From assembly GCA_964385385.1 (NCBI GenBank), contig CAYLPA010000001.1:1-56466 (forward strand): a stretch of DNA of 56,466 nt, given 5' to 3'. The notes below the pieces were generated by a model that had not been told where the DNA came from, did not search any database, and saw only the letters and a list, made by a program, of their open reading frames with translations. A program made the translations under genes and the position numbers. Position 1 is the first letter of the stretch. Every line of letters begins with the position of its first letter. Positions 36,944 to 46,565 of this stretch are shown in pieces. Source of the DNA: an uncultured Saprospiraceae bacterium. Its GTDB lineage: Bacteria > Bacteroidota > Bacteroidia > Bacteroidales > CAYLPA01.

Positions 36944-38549
36944 TTATCCCTTTTGCGACATTATGAGCATTTGCCATTAAAGATAAAGTAATTCCTTTTG
37001 CAGGCAAATATTTAAAACCTGAACCATCAGCAATAAAAACATTTTTAGTACCATTTAACTTCCCTGAAGGGTGAGTTGTTCCAAATTTATTTTCATCATC
37101 GCTGAAGGGAATTGTTCCTGCATAATGAATACTTGAGCCATAGCCCGGGTCCATTCTTTTTATTGGGAAACAAGAAATTTTTCTTAAATAATGTTTTATG
37201 GTTTTTTCTCTTTTTGCTATTTCTGAAATGTCATTTTTATCTAAAGAATAGTGAGCAAAAAGTTTATCTCCTGTAAATGAATTTGGAGATTTTTGTAATT
37301 CAAGATATTTTTCTTGACTTGGTTTATCAGGATGATGAATTCCCGCGATTACAAAAGCCGACTGAAGATATTGCATAATAATTCTTCCATCAACAAAATT
37401 CAAAGGAGCTTCTTTTATTAATTTAAAAAGCATTAATGAACGATAAGTATAAAAAGTAGTAGTAACTAAATCATCATGTTTTCCTGTAACATCATAAATC
37501 ATTAATGCTTGAGCCATGCTTGTTTTAAATCTGCTCAAGGGTTTTCCGAGCATTTTAAGATAAATACAAGGCATGTAAGCATATGGATTGCAAAGTAAAG
37601 GCAAGCGGCTAATTTTTTTATCAAAAGTTCTCAAAACTATTCGAGCTGTTGCCAAAGCTCCTGTTGCCAATAATAATTTCCTGCATTTAAAAACCTTTAT
37701 CTCTCCCGTATCTGTTCTCTTTACTTCAACATTTACAATATTTTCTTTCTCTTCAAATTTAAGCATCAAACACTTATCAATGTATTGAAAATTGTTTTTT
37801 GTTTTAAGTTCATCAACAGTAATCCATGAACGATAGGCAGCTTTTTCTTTGTCGGAATAAAAATCCATATCATTATATGAAGTCTTCTTTCTGTTTTTAA
37901 AATCTTCCGAAAGAAAAGCCATGGAAGGAATTCCGAAATAAATATTTTTCTTATTGAATTTTGATTTTTTCTTATTATATGAATTAAAAAGTTTCTGGGT
38001 TGAATTATCCATTTTCAGTGGCTGCTGAAGATTTTTTAAATCTCCGACAACAAATTTTGTAACATCATCATTAGCTACCGAAAGTCCAATTCTGTCAGCA
38101 ACATTTTGATATGCTATCTTCATTGCTTCTGAGTTCAAACCCACTTTTTCAATTTCTTTATCAGAATAAACATAGCTTCCTAAGCCCCATCCGCTTCCTA
38201 AACCGCCATATCCAAGACTTTCCATCGGGAAAAAATTATCAGAAACAATAGGAGTAAATTTGCTCACATTTCTTATCATGGATTTTCTCGAAGGTGTCAA
38301 TTGAGCTCCTACTTTCACATCGTCCCAGGGAATTGCTTCAAAATCATCGCCGAGTAAATATTTCTTCTGTCCCTTTTCTTCTTTTCTAATATTTTCAAAA
38401 TCTTTGTCAGGAACAATTTTAGAATATTTTTCATCCTTTTCCCCAACGTCAAGCATAACAACTTGCTTGCCTGCTTCAACAAGAGTTTGAGCAGCCATTG
38501 CACCGCTTGGTCCTGAACCGACTATTATGTATTTGTGTGTGTTTGACAT
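36924..38549 (-). CDS. FAD-dependent oxidoreductase (GMC-like)
   Basis: YIIVGSGPSGAMAAQTLVEAGKQVVMLDVGE dinucleotide-binding motif, 541 aa. Confidence 0.75.
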   Translation of the reverse strand: MSNTHKYIIVGSGPSGAMAAQTLVEAGKQVVMLDVGEKDEKYSKIVPDKDFENIRKEEKGQKKYLLGDDFEAIPWDDVKVGAQLTPSRKSMIRNVSKFTPIVSDNFFPMESLGYGGLGSGWGLGSYVYSDKEIEKVGLNSEAMKIAYQNVADRIGLSVANDDVTKFVVGDLKNLQQPLKMDNSTQKLFNSYNKKKSKFNKKNIYFGIPSMAFLSEDFKNRKKTSYNDMDFYSDKEKAAYRSWITVDELKTKNNFQYIDKCLMLKFEEKENIVNVEVKRTDTGEIKVFKCRKLLLATGALATARIVLRTFDKKISRLPLLCNPYAYMPCIYLKMLGKPLSRFKTSMAQALMIYDVTGKHDDLVTTTFYTYRSLMLFKLIKEAPLNFVDGRIIMQYLQSAFVIAGIHHPDKPSQEKYLELQKSPNSFTGDKLFAHYSLDKNDISEIAKREKTIKHYLRKISCFPIKRMDPGYGSSIHYAGTIPFSDDENKFGTTHPSGKLNGTKNVFIADGSGFKYLPAKGITLSLMANAHNVAKGIIENNKN

Positions 38550-38574
38550 ATTTTATGAGCCATTTGTCACAGTT

Positions 38575-39030
38575 TCATTCTATTAATATTTTACTTTTTA
38601 CTTCAATGTAAGTCCGTCTGTCGAACACAAAATCATAGTAACTTGCGTCTCCCGCTTTACTTTCTACTTCCAATCTCGTCCTACCAATTTCAAGTTCGTT
38701 TTTATCAAACGCTTTAACAGTTAAAGTGTCATTAAAATCCTTATCAAAAATAAGATAAAGCGTCAGAAGATTGTTGACTGCACCTGTAGTATCATTTTCA
38801 ATTGAAAACTTTCCTGTCTTTAATCCTTTGTTTTGAAGGTTCTGAGATAAAGATATATCACATTGAAGTGTTTTGTCAACACCTTCGGAAACTCCTTCAA
38901 AAAACTCTGTTGCAGTTTTACCAACAGTCTCACCACCTTTGTTAATAGCTTCTTTTGTCTTTTCCTTTGCTCTATTGCATGAGATTGTCAATATTGTCAA
39001 CAATATCAAAAGAGTGATTGTTTTTTTCAT
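38575..39030 (-). CDS. Small lipoprotein, function unknown
   Basis: MKKTITLLILLTILTISCNR lipobox signal, 151 aa. Confidence 0.7.
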   Translation of the reverse strand: MKKTITLLILLTILTISCNRAKEKTKEAINKGGETVGKTATEFFEGVSEGVDKTLQCDISLSQNLQNKGLKTGKFSIENDTTGAVNNLLTLYLIFDKDFNDTLTVKAFDKNELEIGRTRLEVESKAGDASYYDFVFDRRTYIEVKSKILIE

Positions 39031-39054
39031 AATTATCTGTTTTTTTATTTGTAA

Positions 39055-39195
39055 TTAAATAAATTTATGATATTTTTCATACTTCTCACCCACATCAAGC
39101 AATTTAACACTTTTGCCTGCATCAACTAATGTTTTTGCAGCCATTGCTCCACTTGGTCCTGAACCAACTACTATATATTCGTGTATTTCTGACAT
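39055..39195 (-). pseudogene. 46-codon remnant or paralogue of the FAD-oxidoreductase N-terminus
   Basis: Translates to MSEIHEYIVVGSGPSGAMAAKTLVDAGKSVKLLDVGEKYEKYHKFI*, compared with MSNTHKYIIVGSGPSGAMAAQTLVEAGKQVVMLDVGEKDEKY in 36924..38549. Confidence 0.6.
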
Positions 39196-39225
39196 TTTTT
39201 TCTATATAGCAAACAAGCACAAAAA

Positions 39226-39609
39226 TTATAATATCTTTATTAAAATCATTCCAAAAATTCCTCTAAAAACGCCTCTAATTCCCGAGCCGGCAATTTTGAA
39301 TAAATACCAAAAAGAAAAATTCTTAGGTAAAAACTTATCACTGTATTCGGGAATGGTTTCTAAAATTGCCAACATCGTAAAAGTCTTTTTTCTAACAACA
39401 GAATTACTTTTAACTAAAGCTAAACCTCCGTCAACCAAGGGTAGAAAAATTGGGTGTTTTTCAATAAACTTTTCGATTTTAATGTCTTTTTCATCAGGAT
39501 TAAACTGCAATTTTTCCATAGCATCAGCATACAAAGAAATGCAATACTCATTAACATTTTTCCCTAAAAGAAATTTCCCAAAGATTTTAGCTTCTTTCTG
39601 GTGGTTCAT
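39226..39609 (-). CDS. Hypothetical protein (127 aa)
   Basis: ORF abutting the upstream DUF2304-like gene (its start at 39609 is adjacent to the stop at 39610). No family recognised. Confidence 0.55.
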   Translation of the reverse strand: MNHQKEAKIFGKFLLGKNVNEYCISLYADAMEKLQFNPDEKDIKIEKFIEKHPIFLPLVDGGLALVKSNSVVRKKTFTMLAILETIPEYSDKFLPKNFSFWYLFKIAGSGIRGVFRGIFGMILIKIL

Positions 39610-39996
39610 TTATTCGTTTTCAGCAGGTTTATTATTTTTGCTTTTATCCTTTTTTATTTCATTTTTTAAAAAAGCAATTTCTTGTGTAAGGCTTTTGTTA
39701 TTATCTGAAAGTTTGGAAACAACAGTTGACAAATGTAAAAGATAAACTAGTATTGCAAATATTGCCCCCATAAAAACAAGATTCGGTGGCAAATAAACTC
39801 CAACCATTCGAGCCATTACATCTAATCCATCACGCCAGAAAGAGAAAACAATAAGAATAATTGTTCCTGCTAACCAAAAGATTGCATATTCTTCACGCAA
39901 TTTTCCTTTAATAATCAATCGGCTTACATAAAATAAAAAAGCCAAACTAACGATGATGCTAATAATTTGAATTCGCATCGAAGCTACATTTTCCAT
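39610..39996 (-). CDS. DUF2304-like small membrane protein
   Basis: Three hydrophobic helices followed by an amphipathic or coiled C-terminus, 128 aa. The position directly downstream of a GT2 gene is typical of DUF2304. Confidence 0.6.
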   Translation of the reverse strand: MENVASMRIQIISIIVSLAFLFYVSRLIIKGKLREEYAIFWLAGTIILIVFSFWRDGLDVMARMVGVYLPPNLVFMGAIFAILVYLLHLSTVVSKLSDNNKSLTQEIAFLKNEIKKDKSKNNKPAENE

Positions 39997-40727
39997 TTTC
40001 TAAATTTTTGTTTAACACTTATTAAAGAATAAAATATCGAAAGACTAACCTTTATAATATAATAAATTGTATTCAAGTCGCTGATTGATGACTTTCCGCC
40101 ATGTCTTTCTTCCATAATAACAGGAACTTCGGCAATTTTTAATTTGCTTGCATAAAAAAGTATGACGGATTCGGGTTCAGGATATTCGTCAGGATAATAT
40201 TCAACAACAACTTCAAGGGCTTTTTTGTTTAAAATACGAAATCCCGAAGTGCTGTCAGTAATTTTTAAGCCACTTAAAATTTTAATCAGAAACCTTAAAT
40301 AATTTATTCCCAATCGACGAAAAAATGTAGACTGAAAACCTGATTTATCAATAAAACGAGAACCGATAACAACATCAATATTTTCTTGTTGAATTGCCTC
40401 AATAAGCTTAGGAATTTCTTCGGGGGGATGCTGACCGTCTCCATCAACCTGTATGGCAAAATCATATCCATTTTGAAAGGCATAAATAAATCCCGATTGA
40501 ACAGTTCCTCCAATTCCGATGTTCACCGAAAGGTCTAACAAAATACAATTCAAGTTTGATACAACTTCAACAGTATTATCTTTCGAGCAATCGTTTACAA
40601 CAATTGCATCGAAACTAAAACCATCAACTTTCAATTTATTAACACCCGAAACAACTGAAGCTATTGCTTTTTCTTCGTTATAAGCCGGTATGACAACTGC
40701 AACTTTTTTCATGATTTTGTTAACCAT
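39984..40727 (-). CDS. Family 2 glycosyltransferase (polyprenyl-phosphate sugar synthase-like)
   Basis: VAVVIPAYNEEKAI, VVNDCSKDNT, QVDGDGQHPPEE motifs, 247 aa. Confidence 0.85.
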   Translation of the reverse strand: MVNKIMKKVAVVIPAYNEEKAIASVVSGVNKLKVDGFSFDAIVVNDCSKDNTVEVVSNLNCILLDLSVNIGIGGTVQSGFIYAFQNGYDFAIQVDGDGQHPPEEIPKLIEAIQQENIDVVIGSRFIDKSGFQSTFFRRLGINYLRFLIKILSGLKITDSTSGFRILNKKALEVVVEYYPDEYPEPESVILFYASKLKIAEVPVIMEERHGGKSSISDLNTIYYIIKVSLSIFYSLISVKQKFRKWKM

Positions 40728-41629
40728 GTATTAATTATCTTAAAAATATTTTCGCTATCCAAACCCGACTCTTTTTGGTGAAATTTTTGATTTCCATAAG
40801 TATTGCTTGGATATCCTTTTGCATGAAGCCCACAAAATTCATCTAACTGTATTTTACTTTCCAAAATATCGGAAGAAAGATGATTAGACAAACCACCATG
40901 TTTTTTATGTTCTTCAATCACCAAAAGCTTTTTTGTTTTCTGTAAACTTGAAACAAAATTATCATCAATTTTAAGATATGGAATTTCAGTTATTGTAAAT
41001 ACATCAATTTTATCTTTCAGCTTATTAAATTGCGAATCTCCTAATAAATTATCCGCAACAGGACCAAGAACAGCAACAGTAATTTTAGGATTAACTGCTG
41101 AATTTATTTTTTGAAAACTTGTGTTTTTATTAAAATCTCCGAGATGTTCGACACCTAATCCCAATCGTAAATATGCAGGCTTGTTTTGAGTAATAATTTT
41201 CTGAACAATCGGCTCAACATCTTGTTTGAAAGCAGGAATAAAACAAGTCATATCCGGCAATCCTGCCAAACTTGCAATATCCTCCAAAGCATGATGAGAT
41301 GAGCCCATAATACCATAACCATAGCCACCACCATTTCCGACAAGAAAAACCGGAAGTTTATGAAAACAAACATCATTGCGAATTTGCTCAAGTGAACGAT
41401 AAACAATAAAAGGAGCAATGCTGTAACAAAAAACTTTAAATCCTTTGGAAGCCATTCCGGCAGCAACACTAATCATATTTTGTTCCGCAACTCCCATATT
41501 GATGAAACGTTCGCCCATTTTTTTCTGTAAATTTTCAAAAGCATTGAAACCTAAATCACCCGTAAGGAAAATGATTTTATCATCTTTCAGTGCTAATTCT
41601 TCTATAATATTTGAAAATGAGCGTCTCAT
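40709..41629 (-). CDS. Transketolase, C-terminal (pyrimidine-binding) subunit
   Basis: FLTGDLGFNAFE......RFINMGVAEQNMISVAAGMA, 306 aa. Confidence 0.85.
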   Translation of the reverse strand: MRRSFSNIIEELALKDDKIIFLTGDLGFNAFENLQKKMGERFINMGVAEQNMISVAAGMASKGFKVFCYSIAPFIVYRSLEQIRNDVCFHKLPVFLVGNGGGYGYGIMGSSHHALEDIASLAGLPDMTCFIPAFKQDVEPIVQKIITQNKPAYLRLGLGVEHLGDFNKNTSFQKINSAVNPKITVAVLGPVADNLLGDSQFNKLKDKIDVFTITEIPYLKIDDNFVSSLQKTKKLLVIEEHKKHGGLSNHLSSDILESKIQLDEFCGLHAKGYPSNTYGNQKFHQKESGLDSENIFKIINTWLTKS

Positions 41630-41635
41630 AAAATG

Positions 41636-42577
41636 TTATTTTATTTTCTCATAAATTTCCATATAATCGAAATTCTCAAGATACATTTGAGTTCTTAAAA
41701 ATACTTCCTTGATTTCTTCAGAGTTCAATTCTTTTGCAGTTTCAATATTTACTTCCTGAGTTGGAATTTTAACTGTTCCCCAAGGGTAAACTTCTTTTAA
41801 TGCTTCGCCATTCCAACTGGGATTATTCAAAGAATCAGATTTTTCAAGACCCATTTCTGTCATCACTCTACCTAAAATTTCTTTAGGATTTGCAATAATA
41901 TCCTCATATCTGACAAAGTAAAAGTTATTAGGAAATTTGGTTGCAAGGTATTGTGCATAATATTGATTGATTACCCAAGCATTAATATAGTGGTCTAATG
42001 ATAAAGGGACAGGGCGTTTTTTTGTTTCGGCATAGCACGAAAAAGGATTTCTCATCACATGAAGAACATAAGCGTTTCCATCCATTTCTGTAATAATTTT
42101 CTCTCCGTCAACTCCAATAATCGGACTATAACCAACCCAAACTTTTTCTTTTCCTGTTCGATTATAGTTTTTCCATGCATCAAAAGTAGAACGAAAAAAT
42201 GCTTCCATCACATTTGCTCGTGATATTTTTTTCCCTTCAAGGTATTTAATAAAAATTTCTTTCCTTTCTTCATCATTGAAGTCAAAATCAGCATTTCGGA
42301 ACTTGCTAACAAAAGGAGTTCTTGCTCTTATCTTACATTCTTCATCAATGATTGAGTAGTAAATTTGCTCAATCTTTAAATTTTCAGGTACAACAGGCCA
42401 ACGATATTTCAATGGAAACATTGAAGATAAATGGTCTGTAACATATTTTGTCCCGGGTTGAGATTCAAAAGGATAGACAAACAATTCGGGATGTCCGTCA
42501 AGAAAACGGTGGGTAGTGTTACCACCATTTTCATACATTGCGCCTAACATTAATAATTTAAATGGTTGTTCGTTCAT
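41636..42577 (-). CDS. Sulfotransferase-like protein
   Basis: N-terminal FKLLMLGAMYENGGNTT (PAPS-loop-like) and HVMRNPFS (RNP motif). Weak, motif-level evidence only. Confidence 0.45.
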   Translation of the reverse strand: MNEQPFKLLMLGAMYENGGNTTHRFLDGHPELFVYPFESQPGTKYVTDHLSSMFPLKYRWPVVPENLKIEQIYYSIIDEECKIRARTPFVSKFRNADFDFNDEERKEIFIKYLEGKKISRANVMEAFFRSTFDAWKNYNRTGKEKVWVGYSPIIGVDGEKIITEMDGNAYVLHVMRNPFSCYAETKKRPVPLSLDHYINAWVINQYYAQYLATKFPNNFYFVRYEDIIANPKEILGRVMTEMGLEKSDSLNNPSWNGEALKEVYPWGTVKIPTQEVNIETAKELNSEEIKEVFLRTQMYLENFDYMEIYEKIK

Positions 42578-42582
42578 AAATT

Positions 42583-43773
42583 TTAAATAAAATATTTATA
42601 ATAAAAGTTTTTTTCATTTTCTGTTGATGGTTGAACTTTTTTATGCAGAAACCCACTGCAATTTGAAGAATCAATAAGTTCTATTCCAAATATTTGATTT
42701 CCATAAAGCCAGTTTATTGAGCCTACTATTTCAAAGTTTTCGGTGTTAATCGCATAAATTCCGCATTTTTGTTTTACATTTTTCAAACCCGGTGCATATT
42801 GTTTAAATCTGTCAAGTACTCTTGAAACACCAACAAACATAATGTTTTTATAAAAACACAAACCTCTTGTCCAACCCGGGAGTTTAACTGCTGAAACAAA
42901 TTTTTCATTCTCAATAAATCCTACTTCGCCATAGCCACTATTGTTTACCCAAATTTTTCCTTTATAGAATCTGGCTGAATGTGGTCTTGTCAAGCCTCTT
43001 GCAATAACATCACGAGTTTTCCCTGAAAAAATAACTCCCTTTTTATCAATCGGGTAATTTTTATGTCCCGGTCTTCTTTTTGAAATTTTATCACTTGATG
43101 CAGAAAAAAAAGATTTCTCAATAGATGAGCCTGCTGCAATAGAATTTAATTGAATGTAATTTGCTTTTGTGTTAGGCTTTTGGTTTTCATCCTCAACGCA
43201 GCGAGGAAACCAAATCAATTTATCATGTTCAAGAGAGTTGAAATCAATTTTCACTATTCCATTTTGCCCAACGGAAGTTCCATGAAGTTCCTCTCCAATA
43301 AAAGCAAGGTCGTGAAAATAATATGTTCCGGGAAAATATTTTGCTCTAACAGGCATCAACACTTTTGATGAATTTGCTGTTCCATCAATTTGAGATTTAA
43401 CAGCTTTGAATTCAACAATTTTATTTGGATTTCTTGTTGAAGCAACATAAACAGTGTTTGTTTTTCTATTTACTGCTATTCCAGAGGGATGTGGTAAATT
43501 TGTAAAAGTTTGATTTAATTTGTTGTTTTCAGCATTTAATCCTATTAACAAATGCTCATACTCTCTGGAAATCAAGAGCGTTATTTTCATTTCGGATAAA
43601 AGCTGCACAAAAGAATCATCAACTTTATGTTTCAAGGAATCGGAAACAATCCCGCAATCAGCAAAGTTAGAAGAACCGAAAACCTGAGCAGGGTCACGAA
43701 TCGCATTGCTTTGTTTTTCCCAAAGTTCTTCTTTTGTATATTTTGATTTTGAATTCATTTTTTCTTCTAACAA
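42583..43773 (-). CDS. TIGR03032/DUF4915-like protein
   Basis: LTRPHSARFYKGKIWVNNSGYGEVG resembles the PHSPR....LWV.NSG.GE.G core of the family as I recall it, 396 aa. Confidence 0.5.
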   Translation of the reverse strand: MLEEKMNSKSKYTKEELWEKQSNAIRDPAQVFGSSNFADCGIVSDSLKHKVDDSFVQLLSEMKITLLISREYEHLLIGLNAENNKLNQTFTNLPHPSGIAVNRKTNTVYVASTRNPNKIVEFKAVKSQIDGTANSSKVLMPVRAKYFPGTYYFHDLAFIGEELHGTSVGQNGIVKIDFNSLEHDKLIWFPRCVEDENQKPNTKANYIQLNSIAAGSSIEKSFFSASSDKISKRRPGHKNYPIDKKGVIFSGKTRDVIARGLTRPHSARFYKGKIWVNNSGYGEVGFIENEKFVSAVKLPGWTRGLCFYKNIMFVGVSRVLDRFKQYAPGLKNVKQKCGIYAINTENFEIVGSINWLYGNQIFGIELIDSSNCSGFLHKKVQPSTENEKNFYYKYFI

Positions 43774-43781
43774 TATTCTAT

Positions 43782-44462
43782 TTAAATCTTTTTCTTGAGC
43801 TTGAATAATCCAAAATACATTTTAAATGCTGATAAAAAATCCGTTGTGCTTTTTCCGCTAATTCTTGATGCAGAGAATATCGGAATTTCTATTACAGGAG
43901 TTTTGTTTTTAAAACACTTGGCAATTAGTTCCGCATCAATTAAATCTCCATAAGAAATAATTTCAGAATCCTTAATAATATTGGAAGGGAACACTTTTGG
44001 AGTTCCATTAACATCCCAAATTGGAGTATTGAAAAGTTTCCTGTTTTCAAAATTAAAAATTACCGAACCTACTCTTCTTATAATGCTTTCGCGAATAATT
44101 CTATTTGCTTTAATAACATTTTGTTTGTTTACCAGTGCATAATTCAAAATCATAATAAGCTCGTTAATGTCAGTCCTAGCAGAATTTGTATAACAAATTA
44201 ATTTGCCTTCAGCTTTTTCAATTCCAAGTTTAACAGCTCTTCCCCAACCGGATTTTTCACTAATAATTGTTTTAATATTGGAATTTTCATCGGCATATTT
44301 TTCTGCCAAAGCATAAGAACCATCATCAGGTCCATTAACGACAAAAATAATTTCCCAGCTTTCGTCTAACTCTGATAATTTCTGAGTATAATTCTCATAA
44401 ATCACTGGCAAATGCTTTATCTGCTTAAATATTGGTAATACTATAGAAAATGTTAGTTCCAA
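43782..44462 (-). CDS. Family 2 glycosyltransferase
   Basis: FSIVLPIFKQ..., IIFVVNGPDDGS, 226 aa, TTG start. Confidence 0.6.
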   Translation of the reverse strand: MELTFSIVLPIFKQIKHLPVIYENYTQKLSELDESWEIIFVVNGPDDGSYALAEKYADENSNIKTIISEKSGWGRAVKLGIEKAEGKLICYTNSARTDINELIMILNYALVNKQNVIKANRIIRESIIRRVGSVIFNFENRKLFNTPIWDVNGTPKVFPSNIIKDSEIISYGDLIDAELIAKCFKNKTPVIEIPIFSASRISGKSTTDFLSAFKMYFGLFKLKKKI

Positions 44463-44657
44463 AATTGAATATTTAATTTAATGCTTTTTCTTCACATAGT
44501 GGCAATAAGAAAATGTCAATTACTTCGTTACGCTCATATTTAAAATCAGTCATTTACAAAAGCAAACTTCTGATTTTAAATACTTCGCAAGCCTCGTTCT
44601 TGACACCTTCTTAATAGCCGCACTATAAATACAGTGTTTTCTTAGAGGCACTTCTTA

Positions 44658-45677
44658 TTATTTTTCCTTTGTCCAATTCCAAAATGCCTTGTCAAAATTA
44701 ACTTCTTTTTGCCAATTTATTGTTTCAATAATTCCATCTTTTAGTGAAATCATTGGTTTCCATCCTAATTCATGATTAATTAATTTTGGATTAGCATACC
44801 AATCGGGCAAATCCCAATTGCGGTTTTTCATTTTACCAAACTCGGGCTCAGCAGCTATCTTAAGAACTTCTTTAACAAGAAAGGCAAGTTCTTTTATTGT
44901 TGTTTTTCTTCCTGTTCCCACATTAAAAGCTTTACCAAAATATTCAGGTTTTATTTTTGCTGCTGCCAAAATAAAAGCTGAAATAACATCTTTAACATGA
45001 ACAAAATCTCTTGAAATATTTGGTTGAACTAAAAATGGAAAAGTATTGTTTCTTGCTTTTGACAGCAGTACAGGAATAAGTCGGTCTGGTTCTTCCCATG
45101 CTCCATATGCAGAATATAATCTCAAATGAACTACGGGCAATTTTTCTATTTCTCCAAAATATTTTATTGCTTGATAAATCGCAGCTTTAGAAACAGCATA
45201 ATGACTGTTTGGAATTAAAGTAGATTCTTCGCCCGGACCGTTTGAATTTAAACCATATTCGGAGCTTGACCCCGCTTGTATGAAAACTTCAAAGCCTGTT
45301 TTTTTTATTGCTTCAATAATATTAACAGAGGCAGTAAAGTTTGTGCTGTATATTTTTTCATATTCTTTCTGCTTAGAATATGCTCCGTAGGCTGCAAGAT
45401 TAAAAATCGTTTTAGGTTCTATCTCATTAACCAAATCACGTAATTCTTGATTTTGAGTAATATCACAACTTCTTAAATTCAAAAGATGAGTTTGGGAAGC
45501 AGAAAATCTCCAATTATTAATATGGTCTTGGGAAATACCATAAACATCATCACGATATAAAAGTATTGATTTAAGCAAATTAACTCCTATAAAACCTCCG
45601 GCACCAAAAATCATTATTGGACCTTTAAGTTTTTTTAGTTCATCAACTATGTTGGTATTTAATTTATAATAATCCAT
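44658..45677 (-). CDS. NAD-dependent epimerase/dehydratase (extended SDR)
   Basis: IMIFGAGGFIGVNL, S..Y.VSK catalytic motif (HYAVSKAA), 339 aa. Confidence 0.85.
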   Translation of the reverse strand: MDYYKLNTNIVDELKKLKGPIMIFGAGGFIGVNLLKSILLYRDDVYGISQDHINNWRFSASQTHLLNLRSCDITQNQELRDLVNEIEPKTIFNLAAYGAYSKQKEYEKIYSTNFTASVNIIEAIKKTGFEVFIQAGSSSEYGLNSNGPGEESTLIPNSHYAVSKAAIYQAIKYFGEIEKLPVVHLRLYSAYGAWEEPDRLIPVLLSKARNNTFPFLVQPNISRDFVHVKDVISAFILAAAKIKPEYFGKAFNVGTGRKTTIKELAFLVKEVLKIAAEPEFGKMKNRNWDLPDWYANPKLINHELGWKPMISLKDGIIETINWQKEVNFDKAFWNWTKEK

Positions 45678-45773
45678 GATTCTTTTGTTCGTAGTTTAAA
45701 TTGATAATTTATAAAATAAAAAAGGTATCCTAATATCTCCTCCTTTGCCTTTGCCTTTGCCTTAGCCTCAGCC

Positions 45774-46565
45774 TTAACTTTTCACAACCTCCGATTTTGC
45801 TTGCTCGTACTGCTCATCAGTCATTGGCCAATAGTGCCAGTCAACAGTATTTTCCATAAAAGAAACACCTTTTCCTTTAACAGTATTTGCAATAATAAGT
45901 TTTGGTTTTTTGTTTTTCAGTTCCTTTATTTTTTGAATTGAGTTAATGATATCATCGGAGTTGTGTCCATCAATTTCCAAAACATCAAAACCTAAAACCT
46001 GCCATTTTTCTATAGCTGAACTATCGCCCAGAATATCATTGGTCTTGCCAAATCCCTGTATTTTATTTTTGTCAATAATTAAAATCAAATTATCTAATTT
46101 ATGTTTAACTGAAAAATGAGCTGCTTCCCAAGTTGTTCCTTCGTTAGTTTCTCCATCTGACATTAATACATAAACAAAATCCTTATTATTATTCAATTTA
46201 TTTGCTTTTGCTATTCCTGCACCAATTGGAAATCCGTGCCCAAGTGAACCGGTTGCAAAAGGAATTGAATTATATTTTAAAGGAGCGGGGTGAGCAGGCA
46301 GAGATGTTCCGTTTCTATAAAAACTCAATAATTCTGTGTCGGTGATTTCTCCTAATTCATTTAAAACAGCATACAAAGCAACAGCAGCATGCCCTTTTGA
46401 TAAAATAAAATCATCATCATTTTTTTTATGCTCAAAAAAAACAGCAGATAAAATTTCAACACAACTCAACGAACATCCGATGTGACCGGCATGAGCATTA
46501 AAATAAGTTTTTAAAATCTTTAATCTTAATTTTTTATTTAGTTTTTGTAAGTCCATCGTTTGCAA
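45774..46565 (-). CDS. Transketolase, N-terminal (TPP-binding) subunit
   Basis: GHIG.SLS..E......., SKGHAA.ALY, MSDGE.NEG..WEA motifs, 263 aa. Confidence 0.85.
   Translation of the reverse strand: MQTMDLQKLNKKLRLKILKTYFNAHAGHIGCSLSCVEILSAVFFEHKKNDDDFILSKGHAAVALYAVLNELGEITDTELLSFYRNGTSLPAHPAPLKYNSIPFATGSLGHGFPIGAGIAKANKLNNNKDFVYVLMSDGETNEGTTWEAAHFSVKHKLDNLILIIDKNKIQGFGKTNDILGDSSAIEKWQVLGFDVLEIDGHNSDDIINSIQKIKELKNKKPKLIIANTVKGKGVSFMENTVDWHYWPMTDEQYEQAKSEVVKS

Noticed and set aside
39113-39745. 210-aa plus-strand ORF
   Set aside because: It is antisense to three well-packed minus-strand genes or remnants (39055-39996), with a low-complexity hydrophobic sequence.
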